A DNA stretch of 64,000 nt from an uncultured Treponema sp. (GTDB lineage: Bacteria > Spirochaetota > Spirochaetia > Treponematales > Rectinemataceae): positions 38,322 through 102,321 of the forward strand of contig CAZHFN010000002.1 of the NCBI GenBank assembly GCA_964531105.1, given 5' to 3'. Within the stretch, counting starts at the first letter, position 1. Every line of letters starts with the position of its first letter. A program made the translations under genes and the position numbers. Below, piece by piece: positions 27,503 to 36,788 of the stretch. The notes under the pieces are model-generated. The model saw only the letters and a program-made list of their open reading frames with translations, was not told where the DNA came from and searched no databases.

Positions 27503-28620
27503 TGAATACAGAAATTAGTGAAAAAATAAAATCGGCGTCGGCCATCGTCATCGACAACTGTCTCGCGCTTAAGCCCGGCGAGAAGTTATTGATAATTTCC
27601 AATCCTGATACCGAACAGGAAATAATTTCTCGTGCGATAATGGATGCCGCCATAGAAAGGGGAAATACGGTACAGCTCCTGCTTCAACCCGTAAAATCCC
27701 AAAGCGATTTTGCCGAAGACTATGTGATCGATGCTATAGAAAAATCCCCGCAAGCGATACTCTCTCTTTCCTCAGACAAGTTGGGCAAGGATGAACGCAG
27801 GCTTTCCCACCCCCTGCTCGCCCAAGACGGAAAAAAGTACGACCACATTTTCAATTACCTGCTCTCGGGAATGAGGCAAATCCGCGCCATTTGGTCTCCC
27901 GGCATCAGTCTCGAATGTTTTACACGCACCATCGGAGTCGATTACGGGTTGATGAGAAAGAGGGCCGCCGCACTCGCCGCAATCCTTAACCAAGCCGCGA
28001 CAATAAAAGTCAGATCCCCCGGCGGCACCGACATTCAATTTAGCGTGGAGGGCAGAAAAGCCCACCTCGACGACGGCGATTTTTCCCTTCCCGGAAAGGG
28101 AGGTAATTTGCCCGCCGGAGAAGTCTTTGTGTCGCCTGCATTGCGCAGCGCCGAAGGCAGGATAGCCTTTGAAGGCTCCATGGCCGATATAGCCGACTGC
28201 ATGGTACTAGGGCAGCCTATTCTATGCAGCATTTCCCAAGGCTATGTGCTGGACTGCGAGGGCGGAGCCGAAGCTGCAAAATTGGAATCGGCCCTGCGCA
28301 AGGGCATGGATATGGCTTCTTCATTGGTAACCAAGGGCGGAATAAAGCCCGAGGAAGCCCTTCGCTACGCCACCAACGCCCGCCAGCTGGGGGAATTTGG
28401 GATCGGGCTCAACGAGGCGGCCAGGATACAAGGGAAAATGCTGGAAGACGAAAAAGTCCTGGGTACCTGCCATTTCGCCATCGGCTTTAACTACGAGGAA
28501 GATGCTCCCGCGATGATCCATCTGGATGGGCTTGTCCAATCGCCCACGGTCATAGCCGCCTATCCTTCCGGCCAGGAAATCCTCCTCATGGACACTGGAA
28601 AGCTGGCCTTAGGCTTCTGA
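27502..28620 (+). CDS. M29-family (AmpS/PepS-like) aminopeptidase
   Basis: 372 aa. LPAGEVFVSP and GTCHFAIGFNY motifs typical of thermophilic-type aminopeptidases. Confidence 0.75.
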   Translation: MNTEISEKIKSASAIVIDNCLALKPGEKLLIISNPDTEQEIISRAIMDAAIERGNTVQLLLQPVKSQSDFAEDYVIDAIEKSPQAILSLSSDKLGKDERRLSHPLLAQDGKKYDHIFNYLLSGMRQIRAIWSPGISLECFTRTIGVDYGLMRKRAAALAAILNQAATIKVRSPGGTDIQFSVEGRKAHLDDGDFSLPGKGGNLPAGEVFVSPALRSAEGRIAFEGSMADIADCMVLGQPILCSISQGYVLDCEGGAEAAKLESALRKGMDMASSLVTKGGIKPEEALRYATNARQLGEFGIGLNEAARIQGKMLEDEKVLGTCHFAIGFNYEEDAPAMIHLDGLVQSPTVIAAYPSGQEILLMDTGKLALGF

Positions 28621-28700
28621 CGCTCTTATTCTCAGTTCAGGCTGTCTCCGCAAGCCACCCCTATTATCATAGTGGGAATGAATAAGCTATACTTCACGGC

Positions 28701-30284
28701 ATGGAAAAGAGCAAAGCCTTTCATTGGGCGGATCAGACCGCCGACACAATAATCAAGACCTGGGGCGACAAGGAACTTTACACCTGTGCCTCGGGTATTA
28801 CCCCTTCGGGCACTGTCCATGTGGGCAATTTTCGCGAAATGATATCAGTGGAGCTCGTTGTGCGCGCCCTGAGAGACAAGGGTAAGAAAGTCCGCTTTAT
28901 CTATAGCTGGGATGATTACGATGTATTCCGTAAAGTCCCCCTCAATATGCCTAAGCCCGAAATGCTCGAGTCCTACCTCCGCCAGCCCATAACCCTGGTG
29001 CCCGACCCTTGGGGGAGAGACTCCTCCTATGCCAGGCATCATGAAGTGGATGTGGAATCGGTATTGCCGCACGTGGGAATAGCTCCCGAGTTTCTCTACC
29101 AGGCCGAGCGCTACAGAAAGGGCATGTACGCCCAGGGCATGCGCCGGGCCTTGGAAATGAGGGAACACCTCAAGACGATTCTGGATAAATACAGGGACGA
29201 GGACCATAAAATTCAAGGTGAATGGTGGCCCGTCTCGGTATTCTGCTCGGCCTGCGGCAAAGACACTACGGAAGTTGATGGCTGGGATGGGGATTGGGGC
29301 TTGAGCTACCATTGCGAATGCGGCCATAGCGAGACAGGGGATCTGCGAAGCCTCAAGGGCGCAAAACTCGTCTGGAGAGTGGATTGGCCCATGCGCTGGA
29401 ACTTCGAACAGGTGGATTTCGAGCCCGCTGGCAAGGATCACCATTCTCAGGGCGGCAGTTTCGATACATCCAAACATGTGGTAGAGGAAGTATACGGCCG
29501 CAAGCCTCCAGTAACCTTCCGCTATGATTTTATAGGCATCAAGGGGTCTCCTGGAAAAATGTCCTCCTCCAAGGGCAAGGTTGTGGATCTCCCCGACCTC
29601 CTCAAGGTCTACCAGCCCGAACTGGTGCGCTATCTCTTCGCCGGCACTAGGCCCAACACCGAGTTTGTGATCAGCTTTGACCTGGATGTCATCAAGATTT
29701 ACGAAGATTACGATAAAACCGAACGAATCTATTGGGGAATTGAAAAAGCCAAGGATACCGACGCTGAGGCCAAGGAAAGGAGAATATACGAACTCTCCCA
29801 GGTAGACGGCGTGCCCACCGAAGCACCCTACCAGGTCCCCTTCCGCCACCTATGCTCTCTCCTTCTTATCCACCAGGGCGATGTGGAGGCGGTGCTTTCG
29901 GCCCTGCCCGGCTTGAAACCGGTTCAAGAAGCTAGAATTCGCTCCAGGGCAGAGCGGGCTTGGTACTGGATCAATGAATGCTCTCCCGACGATTTCCGCT
30001 TCAGTGTGAGAAAGCCAGGTGAAAAAGCCGAACTCTCGGAACTCGAGCTAGCGGCCCTCATTCACCTGCGCGACGATGTCGTGGCCCGGCTCGAGGATTT
30101 TGCCGATGAAAAAGCGGTAGCTGCTGCTATCTACGACGCTGCGGCCGCAGCGGGAATCGACGGCAAGACACTGTTCAGAGCAGCCTACCAAGCCCTGGTG
30201 GGCAAAGATCAGGGGCCGCGGTTGGCGGGGTTCCTGGGTACCCTGGGCAAGGAAAAGGTCCTGGCCATACTAGCCCCTTATTGA
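28701..30284 (+). CDS. lysK: Class I lysyl-tRNA synthetase
   Basis: 527 aa. PSGTVHVGNFREM (HIGH-like), KMSSSKG (KMSKS), and the Zn-knuckle-like CSACG ... CECGH insertion seen in class I LysRS. Confidence 0.92.
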   Translation: MEKSKAFHWADQTADTIIKTWGDKELYTCASGITPSGTVHVGNFREMISVELVVRALRDKGKKVRFIYSWDDYDVFRKVPLNMPKPEMLESYLRQPITLVPDPWGRDSSYARHHEVDVESVLPHVGIAPEFLYQAERYRKGMYAQGMRRALEMREHLKTILDKYRDEDHKIQGEWWPVSVFCSACGKDTTEVDGWDGDWGLSYHCECGHSETGDLRSLKGAKLVWRVDWPMRWNFEQVDFEPAGKDHHSQGGSFDTSKHVVEEVYGRKPPVTFRYDFIGIKGSPGKMSSSKGKVVDLPDLLKVYQPELVRYLFAGTRPNTEFVISFDLDVIKIYEDYDKTERIYWGIEKAKDTDAEAKERRIYELSQVDGVPTEAPYQVPFRHLCSLLLIHQGDVEAVLSALPGLKPVQEARIRSRAERAWYWINECSPDDFRFSVRKPGEKAELSELELAALIHLRDDVVARLEDFADEKAVAAAIYDAAAAAGIDGKTLFRAAYQALVGKDQGPRLAGFLGTLGKEKVLAILAPY

Positions 30285-30688
30285 AAAACGGGAGCAAGGC
30301 GATGAAAAAGATCGTGCCTGATTACTTAGCCGAAAATAAGGGCCACTACTCGCCCGGCGTAGTTTCGAATGGCATGCTCTATATCTCGGGTCAGCTCTCG
30401 ATAGATCCCGATACTAGGAGCATTCCCTCCGGTGGGCTGGAAACCCAAGTGCAGCAAGCTTTGGTAAATCTAGACAGAGTCTTGCGCGAGGCAGGCCTCA
30501 GCCGGGATTCTGTCGTCCTCTGCAGGGTCTATATCGCCGACATCGAAGGCTGGGACATAGTCAACAAAGTCTATGCGGAATTTTTCGGAACCCATAAACC
30601 CGCGAGAGTTGTCGTGCCTGTGGGCAGGCTTCATTTTGGATGCCTTGTGGAGATCGAGGCCATAGCTGAGCTGGCGGCTAAGGACTAG
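30281..30688 (+). CDS. ridA: RidA/YjgF family protein
   Basis: 135 aa. YSPGVVSNGMLYISGQ ... PARVVVPVGRLHFGCLVEIEAIA. Confidence 0.9.
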   Translation: MKNGSKAMKKIVPDYLAENKGHYSPGVVSNGMLYISGQLSIDPDTRSIPSGGLETQVQQALVNLDRVLREAGLSRDSVVLCRVYIADIEGWDIVNKVYAEFFGTHKPARVVVPVGRLHFGCLVEIEAIAELAAKD

Positions 30689-31086
30689 ACCCGGCCGTCT
30701 GCCAGGCGATTGCATGGATGCCAGAAAGACTTGGCGCTGATATCTTGCGGCGGCGGTCCGAATTTTGTACACTAAGAATTACACGTAGAGGCGATCCGCT
30801 CTTTTCGAACGGCAGCCCTACTGCAAGGCCCGCGCCTGGCGCAGGCAATATTCCGACCAAGGAGGCGTTGAATGAACAAGGCCATACTCGACAACAGCCG
30901 TAAGGGCAAACCCGAGGTCGGGATCGCGACAAGCTCAACCATTCTGTAAAGCCCAAGTCACGTTCGATCTTGCTTCCCTTCGGCATATCAAAGCAACCTA
31001 ACAACTCCCGCGCATCTTTATAGTAAACGTTGCGCGGTGGCACTAAAAGGGGCTGGCGTGTCCTCACGACCTGATTCCCGCGGTAT

Positions 31087-32307
31087 TTGAATATGACAAG
31101 GAATAGTAAGGTGTACGAACCTAATTTAAAAGAAATTTTACCCAGCTCGAATTTTTCCTCGCGCGCACTTGTAAAATGGGGATGGAATGCATCATGGGAG
31201 GAGGCTGCCAGAAATCTAGGCGGCGCAGCATACGAAAAATCCGAGATTTTTCCAGCCAGGGTAGTTGAAATACAAAGATCAGGAGCTCTGGCGGTCGGCA
31301 GTGCCGATGGGAAATTGTCGCTTCGGGAAGGCAGGATTTTATTGGCCGGGGCCTTTGCCGAAGGCATTGCCCTGCCTGAGGACCTCCCCGCCGTAGGGGA
31401 CTGGATACTTGTGCGAGAACTCGATCGAGGCGGGCTCGAAGGCTCCGAGGCGACATGGCTTCCCCTAGCGATTCTGCCAAGAAAATCCTTCCTGGCAAGA
31501 AGAGCACCTGGCTCGCGCCACGGCGATGCGCGATTTATCCAGGCTCTGGCGGCCAACGTCGATATCGCCCTGGCGATGACAGCCTGCGATGGCGACTTCT
31601 CGCCCGGGCGTGTTGAAAGGCTCTTAGCCTTGTGCCACGCTTCGGGAGTAAAACCTCTAGTCCTCCTCACCAAGATCGACCTGGCTCAAAATTCTAGGCT
31701 ACTGCTTGCAGAATTGGCAGCCGTATCGGGCACAGCGCCGGTGCTGGGAGTAAGCGCTTCCAGCGGAGAAGGCTTGGAGGAGCTCCAGCACCGGCTCAAT
31801 GTCGGCAGCACGATAGCACTCTTGGGTTCTTCTGGAGTGGGAAAATCGACCTTGCTCAATGCGCTCGCAGACGCCACCCTAGCAGAGACCTCGCCCGTGA
31901 GGGAAGGCGACAGCAAGGGTGTCCATACGACAACTCACAGAGAGCTCTATCTTTTAAAATCAGGGCTTATCATGCTGGATAATCCCGGCTTGCGGGAGGT
32001 TCAGCTCTGGGCCGACGAAGCCGATGTGGACGCTGTCTTTCCCGAAATAGCGGCCCTAGCCCTTTCCTGCAGATTCAAAGACTGCACCCATAGCCAGGAA
32101 CCTGGCTGCGCCGTCCTCGCAGCCCTGAATTCCGGCTGCCTTGACCCTGGGCGCTACGCCCGCTGGAGAAAAATGCTCCAGGAGACGGCCTTCCTGGACC
32201 GGAGGGAGGACAGGGTCGCGGCGGCAGCCGAGCGGGCTAAATGGAAGCAGATCAACAAGGCGGGAAAAGCGCTTCGTCGCGATCGCGAAAGCAGAGGAAT
32301 GACTTGA
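31087..32307 (+). CDS. rsgA: Ribosome small-subunit-dependent GTPase A
   Basis: Circularly permuted GTPase: LTKIDL (G4) precedes GSSGVGKSTLLNAL (G1). C-terminal Zn knuckle CRFKDCTHSQEPGCAV. Confidence 0.9.
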   Translation: MNMTRNSKVYEPNLKEILPSSNFSSRALVKWGWNASWEEAARNLGGAAYEKSEIFPARVVEIQRSGALAVGSADGKLSLREGRILLAGAFAEGIALPEDLPAVGDWILVRELDRGGLEGSEATWLPLAILPRKSFLARRAPGSRHGDARFIQALAANVDIALAMTACDGDFSPGRVERLLALCHASGVKPLVLLTKIDLAQNSRLLLAELAAVSGTAPVLGVSASSGEGLEELQHRLNVGSTIALLGSSGVGKSTLLNALADATLAETSPVREGDSKGVHTTTHRELYLLKSGLIMLDNPGLREVQLWADEADVDAVFPEIAALALSCRFKDCTHSQEPGCAVLAALNSGCLDPGRYARWRKMLQETAFLDRREDRVAAAAERAKWKQINKAGKALRRDRESRGMT

Positions 32308-32358
32308 ACCCAGGCTCGGGCAGAAGCCGCATGAGCCTGAGTTTCCATCAGCTTGATC

Positions 32359-34164
32359 TCAGGACTCGCCCACCAGATCCTTGAAGACCTTGGTTTGTCG
32401 GGCGAAGACTTGGAGCGAGGAGAGCCAGAATTCCGGCGACTCAATATCGAAACCCGCTTTTTTAGTCAGGTCCACCGCCGACATGGAGCCCGTTTCGGAT
32501 AGCAACTTCCTGTAGGCTTTTACAAAGCCAGGGCCTTCCTGCCTATAACGCTCGTAGAGCCCGAGGCCAAAGAGCTGGCCGAAGGCATAGGGGAAGTTGT
32601 AGTAGGAAAGCGAGGGGATGTAATAATGCCCTTTTACAGCCCACATATAGGGGTGCCGCTTTTCGGGATCCAAGCCATCCCCGTAGGTTTTGTCCTGGGC
32701 ATCCAGCATGGCAGCGCAGTACTGTTCGGGGCTCAGCTCATTGTCCGCCCTCCGAGAGAATATTTCCTTTTCGAAATAGAACCGGGACAGGATGTCCACG
32801 ATCACCTGGCAGCCATCCTGGAGATGCATTTCCACCAAGGGCAGCTTGGCGGAATCCTCGGCCTGGACCAAGGCCGCTTCGGACACGATAGTCTCAGCAA
32901 AGATCGATGCCGTCTCGGCCAAGGTCATGGGGTAATGGCTTAGCCCATAGGGCTGGTCCAGAATGCACTCATGGTGCCAGGCGTGGCCGAGTTCGTGGGC
33001 CACGGTGCTCACCGACGAAAAACTGCCGTCGTAGTTGCACAGGACTCTCGCCTCCTTGGACAGGGGGAAATCGGTGCAGTAGGCGCCACCCACCTTGCCC
33101 TCCCTGGGTTTGGCGTCGATCCAGCGAGATGCGAAGGCCTTGTCGGCATAGGCGCCCATACCGGGATCGAAGGAGGAGAATTTTTCGACGATAAAGGACC
33201 GCGCCTGGTCCCAGCTGAATGTCGGAAGAGGGGAATCCTTTTGTTCCACCGGAGCGAAGAGATCGAAAAAGGCCAGTTTCTTAAGTCCGAGCGCCTTCGC
33301 CTTGGCCTTGAGATAGTCTCTCCAGACTGGAAGAGAAGCCTCCATAGCCGTTAAGAGCGCATCCAGAGTTGCGGCGGAAATCCTGGCCTGGGCAGTGGAT
33401 TTTTCCAGCGCGTCTTTCCAGCCCCTGCGTGCGTTGAGGCTGTTGGTCGTACCCTTTACCCCATTCAAGGCCGCCGCCATGGGTAGTTCCACGGATTTCC
33501 ATACCGAGAGTTCCAGATTGTAGGCCTTTTCTCGAATGTTTCTATCGGGATCGAAGGCGAGATTGCGCAGCTCTATAACCGTCTTTCGCGCCCCCGTTGG
33601 CTCGTCCCAAATCGTGGACGCGTTGGAGCTGACCGCCTCCTGCAGCCTGGACCAGGCATCAGCCCCGCTCCTGCCTAAGTCCTCGGCCAGGTCTTCCAGC
33701 TCCGGGGCCATCTGCCTGGACTGAAAAAGTAGTTCTTCTTTCAGCACGAAGGCGTAAGGCTTAAAAAAAGCATCGCTGGTGACAAGCTTTTCGACTGCAT
33801 CCTTGCGGGCTGCCAGCGCATTCTTGAATAGGACATCTACCCGCTTGGCAGGCAACATCAGCGCCTCGACTGCGTTGAGTTCGGCCATAGCCTTGGCGTC
33901 CCTGGTAGCTGTGCTGAACCGGGCGTAGGTATAGGCCGAGAGGGTTTCCATCAGAGAGCCCAGCTCGTCATTGAGCGCCAAGGCTTTTTTCAGCCAGGCG
34001 GCAGCATCCTCGCCGACAGAGGGTTTTTGGCTTTTCTGGTAGTACTCCAGGGCCTCGGCGCTCAGCGAAGCGGCCCTGGTTTTCGCTGCGCTATAATTGT
34101 CCGACTCGAAATCGGGGAACACAGAGTCTAAGTTCCAGAGGGGTAAATTTTCAGATCCATCCAT
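32359..34164 (-). CDS. pepF: M3B oligoendopeptidase F family
   Basis: HELGHAWH zinc motif. Start chosen at MDGSENLPLW (ATG 34164, GGGAGGA upstream), overlapping the ndk stop by 14 nt. The ORF-track N-terminal extension runs inside ndk. Confidence 0.88.
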   Translation of the reverse strand: MDGSENLPLWNLDSVFPDFESDNYSAAKTRAASLSAEALEYYQKSQKPSVGEDAAAWLKKALALNDELGSLMETLSAYTYARFSTATRDAKAMAELNAVEALMLPAKRVDVLFKNALAARKDAVEKLVTSDAFFKPYAFVLKEELLFQSRQMAPELEDLAEDLGRSGADAWSRLQEAVSSNASTIWDEPTGARKTVIELRNLAFDPDRNIREKAYNLELSVWKSVELPMAAALNGVKGTTNSLNARRGWKDALEKSTAQARISAATLDALLTAMEASLPVWRDYLKAKAKALGLKKLAFFDLFAPVEQKDSPLPTFSWDQARSFIVEKFSSFDPGMGAYADKAFASRWIDAKPREGKVGGAYCTDFPLSKEARVLCNYDGSFSSVSTVAHELGHAWHHECILDQPYGLSHYPMTLAETASIFAETIVSEAALVQAEDSAKLPLVEMHLQDGCQVIVDILSRFYFEKEIFSRRADNELSPEQYCAAMLDAQDKTYGDGLDPEKRHPYMWAVKGHYYIPSLSYYNFPYAFGQLFGLGLYERYRQEGPGFVKAYRKLLSETGSMSAVDLTKKAGFDIESPEFWLSSLQVFARQTKVFKDLVGES

Positions 34165-34600
34165 GGTTGCAATCCTCCCAGTCGTTAATCTCCTCGGGCT
34201 TGAAAAACAGCCCGATCTCGCGCTCCGCCGATTCCGACGAATCTGAGGCATGTATGATATTAATATTGGTGTGCAGGGCAAAATCGCCCCGGATTGTGCC
34301 AGGGGCGGCGTCGATAGCCTTGGTGGCTCCGCAAATATGCCTCAGCATCGTTACGGCTTGCTCAGCCTCCAGAACCATCGCGATAAGGGGTGCCGAGCAG
34401 ATATACTCCACAAGCTCGCCGAAGAATGCCTTGTCCCTATGCTCTTTATAATGTTCCTGGGCCAGCTCTCTGGAAATTTTAAGTAACTTGAGCCCCACAA
34501 TTCTGAATCCTTTGCGCTCGATCCTGGAGAGAATCTCACCCACTACGCGTCGTTGGAGGACCCCAGGCTTCAACATGGAAAAGCTGCGTTCCACGGCCAT
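34151..34600 (-). CDS. ndk: Nucleoside diphosphate kinase
   Basis: 149 aa. MAVERSFSMLKPG ... NIIHASDS active-site His motif. Confidence 0.95.
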   Translation of the reverse strand: MAVERSFSMLKPGVLQRRVVGEILSRIERKGFRIVGLKLLKISRELAQEHYKEHRDKAFFGELVEYICSAPLIAMVLEAEQAVTMLRHICGATKAIDAAPGTIRGDFALHTNINIIHASDSSESAEREIGLFFKPEEINDWEDCNHGWI

Positions 34601-34744
34601 AGTAACTCCTTGGCTTCATACTAGCAGATAAGGCTGAAGCCCGCCATGCGGGATAAATAAATTTTCAATTTGCAACCCTGCGGTGCTTCTCGAGACCTGG
34701 CGGGCTTGTCGTTATTCCTTTGCTGCGGCATATTTCACACACTG

Positions 34745-35746
34745 ATGAATATTGAGTTCCACTACTATGCCCTGTACTACCTCTGCCGAGCCTCCGGTTT
34801 TCCCGAGGACGAGGCCTTAAAAATTGCCATTTCCAGCCAGATGGTGGACGAAAACCTCGCTGCCTGGGAAATCCAGGAGGAGAACAAAGCGGAGCTGACG
34901 ACTATCACCCAGAATTATCAATTCTGGGATGAGCATAGCGCCAAGGCTATTTACAGGCCCTTTCATTTTATCCCCGGCGACAGGCAAAAAGCTGGACTGA
35001 GGAGGAGGGATGGGATAGCGGGAAAAAATCCGGTAACTGAGGATTCTGGTACTGCACGGCAAATACTCATCGAAGCGCTAAAAATCCAAAACCCCTACAG
35101 GATTGGGATTGCCCTTCATGCCTACGCTGACACTTGGGCGCACCAGAATTTTTCAGCCGATATGGAATCCCAGAATACAATAGACAGCCGATCGCCCCTT
35201 CCCCCAGTGGGCCACCTCCAGGCTCTGAAGAATCCCGATATTCCCAGGGGAAGGTGGAGCGACCCGCGACTGGTGGATGAATTATGTACGATATACAACG
35301 CCCAGCGCTTTTCTCAAGCCGCAAAAATGATCTATCGTTTCCTTGCGACATCCAGAAAAAAGGGCTTTGAGGACGAGATTTTCGTAATCGGCAGGCTGGA
35401 TGAACTCTGGGAATCCTCCCCGGAGAAAGCCGATGACCAAGCCAGGGCTTCTGATTATATTATCGAGTTCGATGTGCCTCCCTACGAGCCTGAAGTCTGG
35501 GCACTCGGCTCGGGTGGCCATATCAGGGATGGGCTTGGCCGTTTAGGCGGTGTTTCGAGTCTTGGGTACGACAGAATCTCCTGGCTCAAGAATGCCGCCA
35601 GAAAGGCTTCATCAGCCTTTGGATCTTACAGGGGTAGCATCCCCACGTCCTCATATAGAGGCTCACGCTTCCAAGCCTGGAACGAGGCAGCGAAGGACCA
35701 TCTCGAATACTGCACACAGGTATTCACACAACGAGGTATTGCATGA
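34745..35746 (+). CDS. Uncharacterised His/Asp-motif protein (Zn-dependent phospholipase C-like pattern)
   Basis: Start at MNIEFHYYALYYL. Motifs FHYY, PFHFIPG, LHAYADTWAHQNF (H-x3-D-x3-H) and VGHL. No signal peptide. Confidence 0.55.
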   Translation: MNIEFHYYALYYLCRASGFPEDEALKIAISSQMVDENLAAWEIQEENKAELTTITQNYQFWDEHSAKAIYRPFHFIPGDRQKAGLRRRDGIAGKNPVTEDSGTARQILIEALKIQNPYRIGIALHAYADTWAHQNFSADMESQNTIDSRSPLPPVGHLQALKNPDIPRGRWSDPRLVDELCTIYNAQRFSQAAKMIYRFLATSRKKGFEDEIFVIGRLDELWESSPEKADDQARASDYIIEFDVPPYEPEVWALGSGGHIRDGLGRLGGVSSLGYDRISWLKNAARKASSAFGSYRGSIPTSSYRGSRFQAWNEAAKDHLEYCTQVFTQRGIA

Positions 35747-36777
35747 AACGCGGAATCGGCAGGCCGGAGAGCCTGCGTACCATCTTGATCTCTTTGCTTG
35801 CGGCGTTACTAGCCGCCGGCTGTGCCCTCATACCCGAAGAAGTTACCCGAAGCGAACCTTCGGCCTATCTGGAATACGCTCCCCAAATCTATGCCAGATT
35901 TTCAGGTCGAGCCTTGAGAGACCTCACGGGAAACCTGGATGACCAGGAGTTGAGTGCCCTATTTTCCAAGGCCATGCCTACAAGCACCGATAGTCAGGCA
36001 TCGTCCCAGGCTCAGGGTTCGGCAGGAAAGGCCGCAGCCTCTGAACCTACGGCCAATGCAGCCTTTGTAAGAGAATTCTTGAGCAAGACAACTACTTTCG
36101 GAACAGGGATCAGAGGCCTGAGTACCCAGAAACTCATGGCTGAGGCTATATTTCTCGGCCAGTTTTCTCCCATCTCGCTGCGCATTGCCCTTACCATGGA
36201 GGGCAATTGGGAACGATTGCAGGATGGAGGGTATAAATCAGCCCAGTATCCCCTTTATCTTCGTTCTCCCCAGGCTGGCTGGGTACACCTCTCCACCGAG
36301 TCCGCTCCAGGGACCAGACAGGAGGCGATTCTGGCCTATCCTCGTCCAATGGAGTCAATTGCGTCATCAGATATCTTTATCAGCATAAACGAGCCCAGGA
36401 TCCTTTTCGCCGGAACCCTGCCACTGGAAGCTTCCGCGATTCCCCTGGAAACCGTGCTCATGGCCGGGAGTCTGGTGGAGCCCAATGCCTTGGCGATTCA
36501 GGCTTCAGCGCCTTCTTCGCCCCTGCAGGCAGATCAGCTATTCCGGAACTATCGAGTGGATCTTTACATCGTGGTAAAGGACGAGGCAACAGCACGAGCA
36601 TATAGGCCCGTTGTGCGCTTTCTATGGGCTGCGGCAGCTTCCCGCTTATTTCCCGGTAGGAGCGATATAGCTTCTTTGCCTTTAAGTCTCGAGGGTGCAG
36701 TCTACGTGGTGCGGGGTATTAGCTTGAGCAAGTCCGATATCCAGGGGATGATCCTTTCCAGTATGGCCAACCCCTAA
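35743..36777 (+). CDS. Lipoprotein of unknown function
   Basis: Lipobox LLAAGC at aa 21-26. ATGA start/stop overlap with the upstream gene. Confidence 0.6.
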   Translation: MKRGIGRPESLRTILISLLAALLAAGCALIPEEVTRSEPSAYLEYAPQIYARFSGRALRDLTGNLDDQELSALFSKAMPTSTDSQASSQAQGSAGKAAASEPTANAAFVREFLSKTTTFGTGIRGLSTQKLMAEAIFLGQFSPISLRIALTMEGNWERLQDGGYKSAQYPLYLRSPQAGWVHLSTESAPGTRQEAILAYPRPMESIASSDIFISINEPRILFAGTLPLEASAIPLETVLMAGSLVEPNALAIQASAPSSPLQADQLFRNYRVDLYIVVKDEATARAYRPVVRFLWAAAASRLFPGRSDIASLPLSLEGAVYVVRGISLSKSDIQGMILSSMANP

Positions 36778-36788
36778 TCTCCCTTATT

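Noticed and set aside
28845-29849. 334-aa minus-strand ORF
   Set aside because: Antisense to class I lysK. No motifs. Shadow ORF.
31038-31054. TGGCAC upstream of rsgA as a sigma-54 site
   Set aside because: The downstream block is GGGGC with the GC dinucleotide displaced by one position. Spacing is strict for sigma-54.
30678-31673. 331-aa minus-strand ORF
   Set aside because: Mostly antisense to rsgA. The product is Arg/Ser/Pro-rich low complexity. Only its 3' end enters the ridA-rsgA gap, which is treated separately.
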